Assembly: GCA_963780185.1 (NCBI GenBank)
Contig: CAWABA010000006.1
Coordinates: 160,001-224,000, forward strand
Origin: Candidatus Bathyarchaeota archaeon
GTDB taxonomy: Archaea > Thermoproteota > Bathyarchaeia > Bathyarchaeales > Bathycorpusculaceae
Direction: 5' to 3'
Length of the DNA stretch: 64,000 nucleotides
This document shows, in pieces, positions 41,709-54,073 of this stretch (within the stretch, counting starts at the first letter, position 1; every line of letters starts with the position of its first letter). The position numbers and the translations under genes were made by a program. The notes beneath the pieces were generated by a model, which worked only from the letters and a program-made list of their open reading frames with translations, was not told the DNA's origin and searched no databases.

Positions 41709-42424
41709 TTATTCGAGGATTATTCTTGCGTCGACGGTTTTTGCGCCTCTTTGGTAGGCGAGGACAGGGTTGAGGTCTAGTTCTTTGATTTCGGGGTTTT
41801 CTACTACGAGGCGTGAGGTGTTGACGAGTATGTCGACTAGGGCGTCGATGTCTGCGGGGGGTGTGTTGCGGAAGCCTTTGAGGAGGGGGTAGGCTTTGAG
41901 TTGGGTGATCATTTCTTTGGCGTCGTTGGCGGTTATGGGGGCAATTCGGAAGTTTACGTCTTTGAGAAGCTCAACAAATATTCCTCCGAGGCCAAACATG
42001 ATTGTTTGCCCAAACTGCGGATCCTTAATGGCGCCCACAATGGTTTCAGTTGACGAAGGAGCCATTTCTTGAACAAGGACACCGACGATTTTCGCGTTCG
42101 CATTGTATTTCTTGACGTTTTCCAAGATTTTTCCATAAGCGTTCTGCACGTCAACGCCGTTTTTCAGGTTAATCATAACGCCGCCCGCATCGGATTTATG
42201 GATAACATCAGGCGAAACAATTTTCAACACAACGGGATAACCGATTTCCTCAGCGAATTTCGCCGCTTGAGTCTCGTTCGTGGCAACCTTGAACTTGGTA
42301 ACCGGGATGCCGTACTCTTGACAGATCATTTTTGCTTCGGGTTCAAGAAGCGCTTTTCTGCCTTCTGCTTTAGCTTGATTAATGATTTTTGTGGTTTGCT
42401 TCAAGGTAATTCTTCCGTCAATGG
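41709..42424 (-). CDS. acdB: ADP-forming acyl-CoA synthetase beta subunit (ATP-grasp)
   Basis: IGYPVVLKIVSPDVIHKSDAGGV, DPQFGQTIMFGLGGIFVE, ELDLNP. Confidence 0.88.
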
Positions 42425-42780
42425 GAGTCTTTCGTGTAGTGACATTACTCGTTGGTTTAAATTTCTTTTGTTCTTTGGGCAGGTTTTGGGTGGGGTGGGT
42501 TGGTGTTTTGGTTTGTGTAGTTGTGTTGAACACTTCGACATTAGTGTGTATTGAGACATAATATTTAATAGGTGAAAAATTGAACCCTAAGATAGACCGA
42601 CAATGCCCAACCAAAGCCTAAAACAAAAACTAAACCAAACCTTCGCCAACCTAAAACCAAAGAAAAAACCCGCAAAAACACAAAAAGCGCCGCAAGAAAA
42701 CAAACCTAAAGAAAACAAAAACGAAAAATCCAAAAAGAAATTCAAGATGCCAAAAATGGGCGCCATCTTTCAAAAAGAAA

Positions 42781-44334
42781 ATGCCTGAACAGGAACTCCC
42801 GACGGTAAACAAGGCTTTGCCTAAATCTTTGAAGGTCGTCGACAAATATTCTTTGTATGAGCCTTTTTCGCAGGTTTTTATTGTTCAAGACCCTAAGACG
42901 GGCGAGTATAGGTACATTCTTGATGAGCTTCAGCTTGATAATTTTGAACGTGGAATTTATAATCGTGTTCTTGAGATTTTGCTTGCTGAGATTGATTCGC
43001 CGAAAGAGGAAATTGCTGATCCGAGAAAATTCTTCGCTGAAGCTGCTAAGAAAATCGTGGATAAATACCGGATTAGCTTGGGTTGGTTGCCTGATGTTTC
43101 GTGGTATAAGATTTTGTATCATGCGGAGCGGGATCTTGTTGGCTTCGGTAAGATTGATCCGTTGATGCGTGACCCAAACATTGAAGACATTTCCTGCGAC
43201 GGTGTCAACAAATCCGTTTACATTTGGCATCGAACCTTCGAAAGCATCGAAACCAACGTCCAATTCGAAAACGACGAAATCCTCGACAACATGGTCGGCA
43301 AACTTGTTCACATGGCTGGAAAACACGTAAGCTCAGCCTTCCCAATAGTCGACGCGTCGCTTCCTGGAAAGCACCGCTTGGCTGTCTGTTACCGCCGTGA
43401 AATCACGCCTTTCGGCACAGCTTTTACAATCAGAAAATTCCGTGATGACCCATACTCAATCATCGATTTAATCAACATCGGCACTTTCACCGAGGATCTT
43501 GCGGCTTACCTTTGGATTTGCCTTGAAAACCGCGCTTCAATCATGATTCTCGGCGGAACAGCCGCAGGTAAAACCACCGCTCTGAACGCTATGGCGTGCC
43601 TCATCAAACCCGGCAGCAAAATCATCACGATCGAAGAAACTGCGGAGTTAAACTTGTCGCATGAAAACTGGGTTTCGCTTATTAGCCGTCAAAGTTACGG
43701 TTTAGGCGGGAACGCAGTCGGTGAAGTTCCCCTCTTCGACTTGGTTAAAGCTTCAATGCGGCATCGACCTGACATGTTGATTGTAGGCGAAGTCAGAGGT
43801 CAAGAAGCGTACGTTCTGTTCCAGGCACTGGCGACAGGCCACGGCGGCATGTGCACAATGCACGCGGAAAACCTGGATTCAGCCGTGAAAAGATTAACTC
43901 AGAAACCCATGGAGATTTCTCCCGCTTACATCCCGCTGATGAACGTAGTTATTTCGGTTCAGCGTGTTCACCTGGTTAAGTCTGGTGTGAAGAAGGCTTA
44001 CAGACGCATACTTTCAACGAACGAAATTGCAGGTTACGAAAACTACGTTAACATTTTCACTTGGGATCCAATTGCGGACCAGCAAGTTTCTTTCCTTGAC
44101 AAAAGCCCGATGTTCGACGCTGTCGCAAAACGGGTTGGTCAGAGCACGGCGGAGTTGGTTGAAGAAACGAAGCGGCGCAGCGAGGTTCTGCATTGGATGC
44201 GGCAACAGAAAATCCGAAGCTACAAAGAAGTGGCTCATATAATCGCGGAGTACTATGCAAGACCGAAAGAGTTTTACTTGAAAATCAAGATGAGCGAGGA
44301 GGAAAAATCGGTTGCCGCTGCTCCAAAAATTTGA
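42781..44334 (+). CDS. Type II/IV secretion ATPase (VirB11/ArlI family); Lys-rich ORF 42603-42788 may be its N-terminus
   Basis: IEDISCDG, Walker A GGTAAGKTT, RHRPDMLIVGEVRGQEA, TGHGG. Confidence 0.93.
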   Translation: MPEQELPTVNKALPKSLKVVDKYSLYEPFSQVFIVQDPKTGEYRYILDELQLDNFERGIYNRVLEILLAEIDSPKEEIADPRKFFAEAAKKIVDKYRISLGWLPDVSWYKILYHAERDLVGFGKIDPLMRDPNIEDISCDGVNKSVYIWHRTFESIETNVQFENDEILDNMVGKLVHMAGKHVSSAFPIVDASLPGKHRLAVCYRREITPFGTAFTIRKFRDDPYSIIDLINIGTFTEDLAAYLWICLENRASIMILGGTAAGKTTALNAMACLIKPGSKIITIEETAELNLSHENWVSLISRQSYGLGGNAVGEVPLFDLVKASMRHRPDMLIVGEVRGQEAYVLFQALATGHGGMCTMHAENLDSAVKRLTQKPMEISPAYIPLMNVVISVQRVHLVKSGVKKAYRRILSTNEIAGYENYVNIFTWDPIADQQVSFLDKSPMFDAVAKRVGQSTAELVEETKRRSEVLHWMRQQKIRSYKEVAHIIAEYYARPKEFYLKIKMSEEEKSVAAAPKI

Positions 44335-46042
44335 GGCTCTGTCCTACCGCCTTTTCGGGCGCTGGGCTCCATGGTTTGAGGGGCATATCTTCCCCGTTGC
44401 GGGATCCCTGGAGAGGGGACGGGTTAGGATTTTTCATGACACCTATATTTCAATGATGTTCCTCGCAGCCCTGTGTGCTCTTCCAGTTTCTTTCATAGGC
44501 ATTGTACTTGTTTTGGTAACACATGTTTTGCCTTTGCTGATTTTGGTTCCTATTCCTTTTTTCATTGCCGCAGGTTTCTTGTTTATGCCGACGTCGAACG
44601 CGAGCGATAGGTCTTCATCTTTGGAACGTGAAATGCCCTTTGCGGCGGCGTACATCAGCGTTATGGCTTCAGGCGGCATCGCCCCGTATACAAGTTTTAA
44701 GCGTCTTTCAGATGTGGATTTGATGCCTGCGATGCGTAGGGAAGCAAGAGACATAATGAAAGACGTTGAAGTTTTCGGCGTGGATCCTTTAACGGCTCTT
44801 GAGCAAGCTGCAAAGAAAAATCCTCTAGATATTTTCAAAGATTTCCTAAGTGGGTATGCGTCAACCGTCATTATCGGCGGAGACATCGGTCACTTTCTGG
44901 AACGCAAAGCCGAAGACATCTTCAAGACACGCGCGCTACGCGTTAAAGCGGCGGCTGAACGGCTCGGGATGCTGCTGGAAACTTTCATCATCGTCATGGT
45001 CATGATGTCGCTTTGCTTCTACATCCTTTTCGCTGTACAGCAAGTTCAGGGCGGCGCATCCACGGCATCACCAACCCTATCGACTTTCTCAGGAATACTC
45101 ATGTACACCTACCTTTTCACGCCGTTGATGTCTGTGATGTTCATTTATCTGGCGCATAGCATGCAGCCCAAGACACCCATAATTGAAATGAAGCCCTACA
45201 AAATATTCGCGGTTTCCGCAGTCGTTGGAGTGTTCGTGTTCCTACTATGCACCAACTTCATGTACACAACACAATTGCCCATATTCACCCAGCTTATAGG
45301 GATGGGTCTTGACCTGCCAATAGCAATAGCAGCTTGTCTGTGCATCTCGGCTGCACCAGCTGGAATCGTGCATATGCGAATGGCTAAAAAGCAAGCCAGC
45401 TTAGAAGCGGGAGTCACAAGTTTCCTACGCGACCTAACCGAGGTTCGAAAAACAGGGCTTTCACCTGAAAAATGTATCGAAAGCCTATCCAAACGCGATT
45501 ACGGAGCATTCAGTAAGGAACTCAGAAAAATCAGCGCTGAAATCTCTTGGGGGATACCATTGAAGCGGGTTATGCTGGATTTCCTGCATAGGACAAAGAG
45601 CTGGATGGTTCAGATCGTAATGTTTCTGCTCGTGGAAACCGTGGATGTGGGCGGCGGAACAATAGCGATGATTGAATCTTTAGCTAACTTCAACAATTTG
45701 ACTTCTGAGGTTGACAAAGAAAAGAAAATGTCGGTTCGACCATACGTGATGATGCCGTATCTCGCCTCGGTCCTTTTGGTCGCAACAACCACGATGATGC
45801 TAAACTTCACTACTGGCTTCGGCGTAACAACAACAACGGGCGTTTCAGCACAGGCTAACGCGGGCAAGGGCCTCACACAGACAATATTCCTAACTTCGGT
45901 TATTTTTAACAGTTACCTCATCGGCATAGTCGGCGGAAAAATCAGTGAAGAATCAATCGCTGCTGGATTCAAGCACGCGGCAATCCTTGTCGTGATAGCC
46001 GTCATCGCTGCAAAGTTGATTCCGATGTTCATCAAGCTTTGA
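44312..46042 (+). CDS. Type II secretion F / TadC / ArlJ-like membrane platform protein
   Basis: Two T2SSF-like soluble domains with multiple TMs, directly after the ATPase. Confidence 0.9.
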   Translation: MPLLQKFEALSYRLFGRWAPWFEGHIFPVAGSLERGRVRIFHDTYISMMFLAALCALPVSFIGIVLVLVTHVLPLLILVPIPFFIAAGFLFMPTSNASDRSSSLEREMPFAAAYISVMASGGIAPYTSFKRLSDVDLMPAMRREARDIMKDVEVFGVDPLTALEQAAKKNPLDIFKDFLSGYASTVIIGGDIGHFLERKAEDIFKTRALRVKAAAERLGMLLETFIIVMVMMSLCFYILFAVQQVQGGASTASPTLSTFSGILMYTYLFTPLMSVMFIYLAHSMQPKTPIIEMKPYKIFAVSAVVGVFVFLLCTNFMYTTQLPIFTQLIGMGLDLPIAIAACLCISAAPAGIVHMRMAKKQASLEAGVTSFLRDLTEVRKTGLSPEKCIESLSKRDYGAFSKELRKISAEISWGIPLKRVMLDFLHRTKSWMVQIVMFLLVETVDVGGGTIAMIESLANFNNLTSEVDKEKKMSVRPYVMMPYLASVLLVATTTMMLNFTTGFGVTTTTGVSAQANAGKGLTQTIFLTSVIFNSYLIGIVGGKISEESIAAGFKHAAILVVIAVIAAKLIPMFIKL

Positions 46043-46049
46043 TTGGAGA

Positions 46050-46925
46050 ATGCGAAAATGGCTAAAAACATGCTTGGGCGAAGGACAAAATTGCTGGGTA
46101 AGGACAGCAGAGGCGCTTAGCCCCGCTATCTCCACGATAATTATGACTGCTACCATCATAGTGATTGTTCTTGTCGCCATGGGCTACGGCCAAAGCTACC
46201 TTACTTTAAGCATAGCTCAAAACGAATTCAGCACAAACGAGCAGTTTATGCTTACGACGGGGTTGCAGATTGACAACGTTGCTTGGATGATTGGTAGGGC
46301 ACAGACAATTCAGTACACGAGCACCTACGGAAGCCTTCAGACGTTGCCTGACATGTTGACTTACACCGTCGACATGTATAACGGCGGAACCCTGCTCAAC
46401 TCCACAACCTTAGAAACAGGCATAATCGTGTACAACGTTCCCACCGCCGAGTACTCGCTTGGTAAAAACTACAAGCATCCTATTGGATCGTCAAACAACG
46501 CGTTTCTTCAGAACGGGTCAGCGGCGCCTGACAGTTACGCATACTCCGTCGAGAAGCTTGCTATGAGCGACGGAAACTACCTTCGCATAGTTGTTGTCCC
46601 CACGATTAGGATGATGACCTCCAAAGTGGGCAACGAAAACTACGTTGAATTTTACATGCCTCTGCTTACCAACGGCACAAGTCCATGCCTTTCAAAATCC
46701 GTCACGTTGATCTGCCAGAACGTCAATCAGTACATGCAAAGCCGCATCACGAAAGTGACGATTACTCCAGATTACCCCGCTTTAGCTAAAGGTTACGATA
46801 GCTCGTTTTTCCCATTCCCGAATCAGAACGGACAATCTGAATCCTGGTCTTCTCCTGATTCAACAGTTTACACAACGGAAGTCTTCATCGGTCAAGTTTC
46901 GGTTTCGGTGGGGCTGTACGCATAG
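46050..46925 (+). CDS. Pilin-like protein
   Basis: EALSPAISTIIMTATIIVIVLVA class III-like N-terminus. Confidence 0.72.
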   Translation: MRKWLKTCLGEGQNCWVRTAEALSPAISTIIMTATIIVIVLVAMGYGQSYLTLSIAQNEFSTNEQFMLTTGLQIDNVAWMIGRAQTIQYTSTYGSLQTLPDMLTYTVDMYNGGTLLNSTTLETGIIVYNVPTAEYSLGKNYKHPIGSSNNAFLQNGSAAPDSYAYSVEKLAMSDGNYLRIVVVPTIRMMTSKVGNENYVEFYMPLLTNGTSPCLSKSVTLICQNVNQYMQSRITKVTITPDYPALAKGYDSSFFPFPNQNGQSESWSSPDSTVYTTEVFIGQVSVSVGLYA

Positions 46926-46939
46926 ACGGAGTGACTTGA

Positions 46940-47419
46940 ATGCAACCCACTATTGAATACATGATTCTGATTCCGGTTCTGATCCTTCAAATTTTCCTCT
47001 TTCCCATGTTCGTCAACGTCGCAATGGGACAGTGGGTAGGCGACCGTCAAACGCTTGAGCTTCAGCAAACCGTCAGCAGCCTCGGCAGCGTAATCGAGCA
47101 GACTTACCTTTCGCTTAATCACACTTCGATTCTGAGCTGCACCTTCAACAGCACCCTTCCGTTTCCTGCGACAATTGAAGGCTACAATTTTACGGCTAGG
47201 GCCTCGCTGCATTCCATTTCGGATGCCGAGTATGGCTCTAGCAAAGTGCTGAATGTTACTATGAGTTTAGTCGGCAAAAATCTGTCAGCCAGCACCGAAG
47301 TGACGCTGGGGCAGAACGTGGTTTGGGTAAACTCGGTGCTCGTCGGCAACCCGCCAACAGCTTGCCTAATCGCCGAGAAATTCCCTGACCAAACCATCCA
47401 GCTGTCATTCGGCAGCTAG
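46940..47419 (+). CDS. Minor pilin-like protein
   Basis: MQPTIEYMILIPVLIL (Q-x-x-I-E hydrophobic start). Confidence 0.68.
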   Translation: MQPTIEYMILIPVLILQIFLFPMFVNVAMGQWVGDRQTLELQQTVSSLGSVIEQTYLSLNHTSILSCTFNSTLPFPATIEGYNFTARASLHSISDAEYGSSKVLNVTMSLVGKNLSASTEVTLGQNVVWVNSVLVGNPPTACLIAEKFPDQTIQLSFGS

Positions 47420-47457
47420 CGGAGGAGAATGAACTGTCAAGCGTATCTGTAGACCAC

Positions 47458-48678
47458 ATGGTTTCAATCGTCATTTTCTTAGCCGCCATTCTGCTCTTCA
47501 TCGGTCTCTTCGGGCAAACCATCCAGACCGCAGTCATCTACCAGCAACATCAAGCTATCGCCACAAAATGCAGTGACCTGCTGGATGAAATAATGCTTAA
47601 CCCTGGTAGCCCGAACTATTGGGGGCAAAGCGATTCGGCTCCTTCAAGCTTCGGCGTGCAAGACCCCGAGTTCACTGAGTATCGGCTGAGCGCTTTTTCG
47701 CTTATGCGGCTAGGCGCTTCAACGGGTGATTTGGTTGAGTACGCGAAGACACCTAACACGATGTACACGAGGGTGACCTCTGCGGGCGGAGCGGTTTTGG
47801 CGACTCCTAACGCTGAAGCCTTAAACTACTCTGAGGCGTTGCAGCTGCTGGGGATAAAAGGCACTTACGGCTTCCAGCTTTCACTAACGCCCGACGTAGC
47901 CGTGACTGTAACCCAAACCAACACTTATCCTTCCCCGCTGAGCCTCTCTATAAGCGCCACGGGAGCCGGCTTCCCATTTGAGGGCGCAGCCATAAACTCC
48001 TGTCTCATTTTAGTCACGCTGGGTCAAACTCCCGCTCAATACCCATCCTACACCATAGTTGACAATGTCACTTCCACCAACCAGCAAGGCGTAGCCTCAT
48101 TGGTTTTCTCAGCTGTAACAAATCCGAATCAGGTTTACGCGTTTATCGCTTACGCTCATTTAGACGGAATCGTCGGGGTAGGCTACCACATTAGTGGCTC
48201 AACTTCAGACGACACCGTGGTTCCCGTCATGCAGGACATGGCGTCTCACTCTGTCGCTTTAGCTAACAGCTACGACTTAAACAACTCTGGCCAAGCAGGC
48301 TTAATCATGAAATACAACGTGACCTGCGTCATCTCAACGCAGGATTACTCACTTAGCGAGTTGTCTCTTGGCTCAACAAGCAGCCCCGGCTTAGTAGGCA
48401 CCGTTGTCTCTGGCGAAGGCAACCCGTACCCGACTATTTCTATGCCGACTGCTACAACAGGCATTTTGATAGTTACCTATCAGCAGACCGCCACACAAGG
48501 CGGCGTTGTGGTGATGCCTTGGGGCATGAGCGCCTTGAGTTTTCAGGTGAATTACGGGGGGAATCCTTCTCGGCAGGAGTGGGTTGCGACGGATTTGCGT
48601 CAGGTTATGATTGGCGATGTAGCTTACCAGGCTAAGCTGTCGCTTTGGAGCACCAAAGGCATACAGGTGGTTAACTAA
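47458..48678 (+). CDS. Pilin-like accessory protein
   Basis: SVDHMVSIVIFL N-terminus; NPGSPNYW motif. Confidence 0.65.
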   Translation: MVSIVIFLAAILLFIGLFGQTIQTAVIYQQHQAIATKCSDLLDEIMLNPGSPNYWGQSDSAPSSFGVQDPEFTEYRLSAFSLMRLGASTGDLVEYAKTPNTMYTRVTSAGGAVLATPNAEALNYSEALQLLGIKGTYGFQLSLTPDVAVTVTQTNTYPSPLSLSISATGAGFPFEGAAINSCLILVTLGQTPAQYPSYTIVDNVTSTNQQGVASLVFSAVTNPNQVYAFIAYAHLDGIVGVGYHISGSTSDDTVVPVMQDMASHSVALANSYDLNNSGQAGLIMKYNVTCVISTQDYSLSELSLGSTSSPGLVGTVVSGEGNPYPTISMPTATTGILIVTYQQTATQGGVVVMPWGMSALSFQVNYGGNPSRQEWVATDLRQVMIGDVAYQAKLSLWSTKGIQVVN

Positions 48679-48679
48679 A

Positions 48680-50010
48680 ATGATGCGTACTGTCGAGGTT
48701 CTGATGGTGATAGTTATTTTGACTGGCGCGTTTATGGCGTCATCGTACTTTGCGGTTTTGCCTTGGCCCCGCCAAGTGTCTCCATTGGATTTGGGGCGTC
48801 TCTCGCTTACAACTCTTGAAACTCTAAATTCAAACAACGACTTAAGCCAAGCAGCCTTCGACACAGGAAACGCAACCGCATGGGAAAACCTGCAAGTTGC
48901 CCTCTCAGCTTCCCTGCCGCCCAACGTCATCTACAACCTTACCGTTTACAACGTAAACAGCGGCGAAGGCGGCTCCACGCTTTACACCCTTAAGCAATCT
49001 GTGTCAAACGCAGCAAACTTGGGAATCAGTTCTGACGCATCCTCCTACCTTGTTTCTTCATCTAACGTGACATTTGACCCTACTCCGCAGAAAATCGGGG
49101 AAAACGCAAACGGCGGAGGCGGAATAACCCTGTACATCCTGAATTGCAGCGACTCAAACGGCTGGTGGATCACGGGTTATAATGTTCAAAATTTGGCGCA
49201 AGACCTCTAAAATCTGTTGTCGCCTTACTTTGCGCGAACCGTTATGATTCAGAACACGGATGAATTGGGGACAATTACTAAATGGGTACGCCGTCTGCAT
49301 GGAGAAAACGTTCAAAACGCCGTTATCATCAACACATGCGGAGAAGCCGTGCCGATTCCGAGCGCGTATTCAGGGACTCCCTACCAAACAGATGGTTACG
49401 CCAGATACTGTTATCTTTTAGGTCAAAAAGTCAATCAGTACAATTGGACATGGACCAGCATAGTTGGTTGGCCCTTCTACTATGTAACTAACACCGCTTT
49501 GTTTTCCAACAGCCAAAACAACTGGGGCATATACGGAATGAACATGGTCAGCGACCTCAGGGATTAAACGCTTTCCTTGAAGGAATAGATAAGCCAACAT
49601 ATGGACCGGAGACAGCAGCACAGGCAGCCCGGGAGTGGTTAACCTGTCAAATGAAGCCTTCACTGAATGTAACTACTACGGCATTTACCCCTCAACATAC
49701 CAGACTTCGACCCGTGCCTTGCCCACTTCCATCTTAAGCGCGTATCATCTCACCGCGACAACCTACGTTTTCAACACCGCAAGGCGGCTACAATCCAGGC
49801 GCCGTGTACAGGCATACTGTTACCGCTAACGGGCACACATCGTTTCAAGGTGGATTCTACGCTCTGGGTTTAACCCGCACACCCGACATCAGGCTTACGG
49901 CACTAGGCTTACTCTGCGATTACCACCCGCGTATCTACAGTTCGGACTACAATAGCTATGAAACCTCGCGTCTAGTCATTTTGCAGCTTGGTTTGGTAGG
50001 AGGCACCTAG
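48680..50010 (+). CDS. Pilin-like accessory protein (interrupted)
   Basis: MMRTVEVLMVIVIL; continues through ORFs 49217, 49635 and 49804 to VILQLGLVGGT*. Confidence 0.6.
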
Positions 50011-53000
50011 ATGAAGTGCCTAAGAATGAATAAAAAAGGCCAATTCTCCATCATCGCCTCTCTTTTCGTCGCAGTTATCCTCATCTCAAGCGTCATGGTA
50101 ACATACTCCACCATTCGTTACACCTCAACGCAAACCCACCCGCAAATCATCAGCGCAGTTGACGAAACCAACCTATCCCTAAAACAGGTGCTAGGCTTCA
50201 CCGTCGGCTACTACGGCTCCATTCTGCAGGTCACTGGGAACTCTTCCTACGCTTACGATCAATCTCAGAGCTACCTTAACAGCGGATTAAACAACATCGT
50301 TGACGTAAACCCGAAGTGGGGCACCTCGTTTAAGGTCACTGACTTATCGCTTAGCACGAACTGGTTTACAAATTCAAGTTTCAGCCAAGGAAACCTCAAC
50401 GTTACCTACGACCTGACTGGGCTGGGCGTCTACGGCGTTGCCTACTCGATTTCATCTGAGCTAAGCGTGCAAGTCCTGCATTCATCGTTGAATCATCAGG
50501 TTTGCCTAACCGTTACCCAAGACGGCACTCAGCCCGTGGTCAGTTTAGGTGCATCCAGCTTCAGGTTTTATCAGTATCAAGACTCGAACTTGACGTGGGG
50601 CATGGTGAACCCGACTGGTTCGCCAGCGGTCTCAGGCGACGGAACCTACACAGTTGACATTCCTTCCTCGATAAACCCGCAATCCTTCATCGTTCAAGTC
50701 CAAGATTCACGAGGCATCATGGTTGCAGCTTCCTCTTTTAGTCACTACACGGGAACCTTGACCTTCAACTCCACATCGCAAAGCGGCGGAAACTACGTAA
50801 ACCAGTCCAATTCGCACGTTGACGGCGTCTCTGACCAGGGAACACACAGCAACTTCACAGCGCAGCAGGTGCCGCCAAAAGGCAATTACGATACCCTGAC
50901 TGAAGCGAACATAGCAACCACGCCTCAACCTTATCATCCATCGGGCTACAGTCTGGACAGTTCAACAACTCTTGTCTCAGGCGCGCCCAGCAACCTGGCA
51001 AGCGACGACGGGTCATACATGACTTTCGGAAGCTACGTGAGTTCAACATCCTCTCAAACACTCTACAGCAACCAGGGAACAACCACCATTTCGGGCACGA
51101 ACTACTACAGTTTCCTCACCTCTGGCGCAGTTTCCGCCGGAGTAACTCTAAGCGGCTCCATGTCAAGTTCAAGCAGCCTATTGGGTAAAGCAGTTTACAG
51201 TCTCCAAGGGGTGTCCACGATTCCCGCCAATATATGGGCCTTCAATTATAGAGCATGGAAAGACTCACTTGCAACTGTAAGCTATGATGCTCAATCATCC
51301 TACACGTACACGGGTGGAAGTTCTTCTTTTTCCTGGAGTCACACCGTCGGCACTGCAAATAATCGCCTACTTGTAGTTACAGTCTCAGTATCAGCGGCTA
51401 AAGGCTCAACTGGACCTGCCACAGTTTCATGGGTAAAATTCAACGGAGTGTCGATGACGCAACAGGTAACTAACGCCTATACTTCAAACACAAACCCGCA
51501 AGTGAGATCATACATATTTTACCTAGTAAACCCAGCGTCAGGCTCACATACAATTCAAGTGCAAATGTCTGCCAGCACTCAACCGCGGTTGGAGGAGCAG
51601 TTTCATACTACGACGTAAACCAATCAAGCCCCATACAGACACAAAACAGCTCGGCAAATTACGGTTCAGCCCCGTCGGTATCTGTGACAGCAACAGCCGT
51701 TGGTCAAGCGGTCTATGCCAGTTTGGGCACCAACTTAGGCACATCATACAGCATTACTGATAACAGCGGTCAAAGCCTAAGATGGAGCCAAACATCACAA
51801 AAGTACGCGGGAGAAGGGGACGACGTAATTAGCCCATCGGTTGGATCGGTCAGTTTAGGTTGGCAGCCGTCAAAATCAGTTGGGTATGTTTGCTGCGCAG
51901 TCTTAATCAACCCTTCCGCTTCTTCCGCAGTAGGAAATATCAATGTGACCATCATCATAAGAACATCAACCAACACCGTGAGGCAGACAATTGCAAGTAA
52001 CGTTGCCGTTTCAGGTGCCTTGACAACTTCCGCTTCCACGCTTTCAGGAACCTACAACTTTCCGGCTTACACCGTTGTAAGTCAAACGGATTACCTTGAA
52101 ATAGACTATTACGTTAGCGCGTCAACTACGGATTCCGCCGATGCTCACCTGATGATTGATGATAATGCGTTATCTCTTGCACAGCAAACAAGCATCAGCA
52201 ACGTCTTGCTGCCCGCGCAATACACGTGTCAGGCTGAGCTTTCAGGTACCTCTAACATGAACAATTGGAATAACCTAATTTGGGCAATAGATGCCGACTC
52301 AACCGTCGCCAACTCAGCCGCCGTTTTTCAGCTTTACAATTACGCATCAAGCCAATATCCCGGCAGCGGAAATGGGTATTTAACTGCAACATTAGGAACA
52401 ACCATAACACCGAACAGCCAAACCTTCACAGTGAATCCTACTCAGTACAGAGACAACATCGGAAACTGGAAGATACGATTCACTGTGACGGCTTCAGCGC
52501 CGTTCAACATTAACGTGGATTCATCTACGTTTACAAGCGGCGTGGCTTCCTACGGGCTAAACCTTGAAGAGCAATGGACAAACCTGAACACAACAGCGCT
52601 TATTCACCCAGCACTCTGCATAGACGCAGGCACCATGGGCTCGAACAAGGTGGCTGTTGCCGCCTGGAACGGGGCTTCATGGCAGACTCTTTCAAGTGGG
52701 CTAACGAGCGGCTGGAACAATATGTCCATTAACTCCTACTTAAGCTCAGGCTCGACCAATTTCACAATCAAATTCACTAAAACAGGTGACAGCTCACAAA
52801 ACACCTGGCAAGTGGCTTCAGCGTTGATAAGACCCGAATCCGACCAAGACATATTCCTGTCATTGCAGAATCCTGCGGCAACAGTCGCCATCGAGCTTCT
52901 GCAAAACGGAACCATGATTTGGCTCGGGCAAAACATGCAGGTCACCACTCAAACAATTCCTGTTCCGCCTATACCCGTGAAAGCCCTCCACGTTAACGAA

Positions 53001-54017
53001 ACCATAAACGGCGTCAACCAGCAAGTGCCTTTCCAGATTGAAGATTGGGCTTCTTCCTACACTGTGCCTCTGGGTTTAACAGACAACGCCACGGTTTTCG
53101 GCAGCAGGCAAATGGTTGTTTTTCTTGTGAACACGCATGTGTCCGCTTTTACTTTATGGTGGAACGGCAGCAGCCAAGCAATCCAAACCCCGTTGGCGTA
53201 CAGAGACACCCAATTCTCGGCAGATAACCCCGGTAGCAACTACCTCAGCAACGGGGGGCTAAACATCCAATTCGGGGGCAGCCCCTTTACCGCAACCGCG
53301 ACGTTAGCTGACAGCGGAACCTCGGATACGGCGACTTTCATGAAGCAGATAAACGGTCAAGCCAGCACCTATGGGTCAGGAATAGACTATGTGATTTACC
53401 ATGGAGTGGTGCGTGACGTGGTGCAGCAGGAAGCTGAATGGAGCAGCGGAGTCACCAACTGCCCCAACTTCTATGCCAACGTAGTGATTACTCTGCCCGC
53501 AAACGCCAACTACTACACCTATCAACTCAGCCTAATGTTCCTCAGCTCAACCCCAACCCGCACCATAACCCAACTCTGCCCAATCGCATTATCCTCAACC
53601 CTGAGCCAATTACAGACTGAAAACGGAACAGCTCAAGGCGACCCAATTGCTGCCAGCGGAACACAACTCTTCAACAAAACCCAAACCTGGATTCACCACT
53701 GGAGCCAATTCACCGACGGAACCAACGGCGCAGGCATAATGTTCACTGACGCATTTAACCACGGACTCTATGTCTTCGACGGCATGACTCCAGCAGCCGC
53801 AAGAGGCGCACTGAGCGCGGACAGCACAGCCAAAACAATCTCGCTCCTCCCAGTGACACTTAGTTCAGTGACGTTCCAAACTGCTTTAGACGTTTCATGG
53901 TGCGGTGCCGTGGTGACTTTTGACGGTTCAGTGCCTCAAATCTACAATGGACCGCAGCCTGGACTTTGGGTGCTGGCAGAAATACCGCCAACCATAGATA
54001 TGACCTGCGGCAACTAG
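50011..54017 (+). CDS. Very large pilin-like adhesin (~1300 aa, frameshifted ~51600)
   Basis: NKKGQFSIIASLFVAVILI class III signal; S/T-rich beta domains. Confidence 0.72.
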
Positions 54018-54073
54018 CCTCTTTTTTTAACCCCTACTTCCCTTAAGTGTCCGTTGCAAACGCTTTTCTGCTG

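Noticed and set aside
49208-49210. In-frame stop inside the pilin-like gene, as possible recoding
   Set aside because: The codon is TAA, which is not recoded; the same gene has other breaks, so an error or decay is likelier
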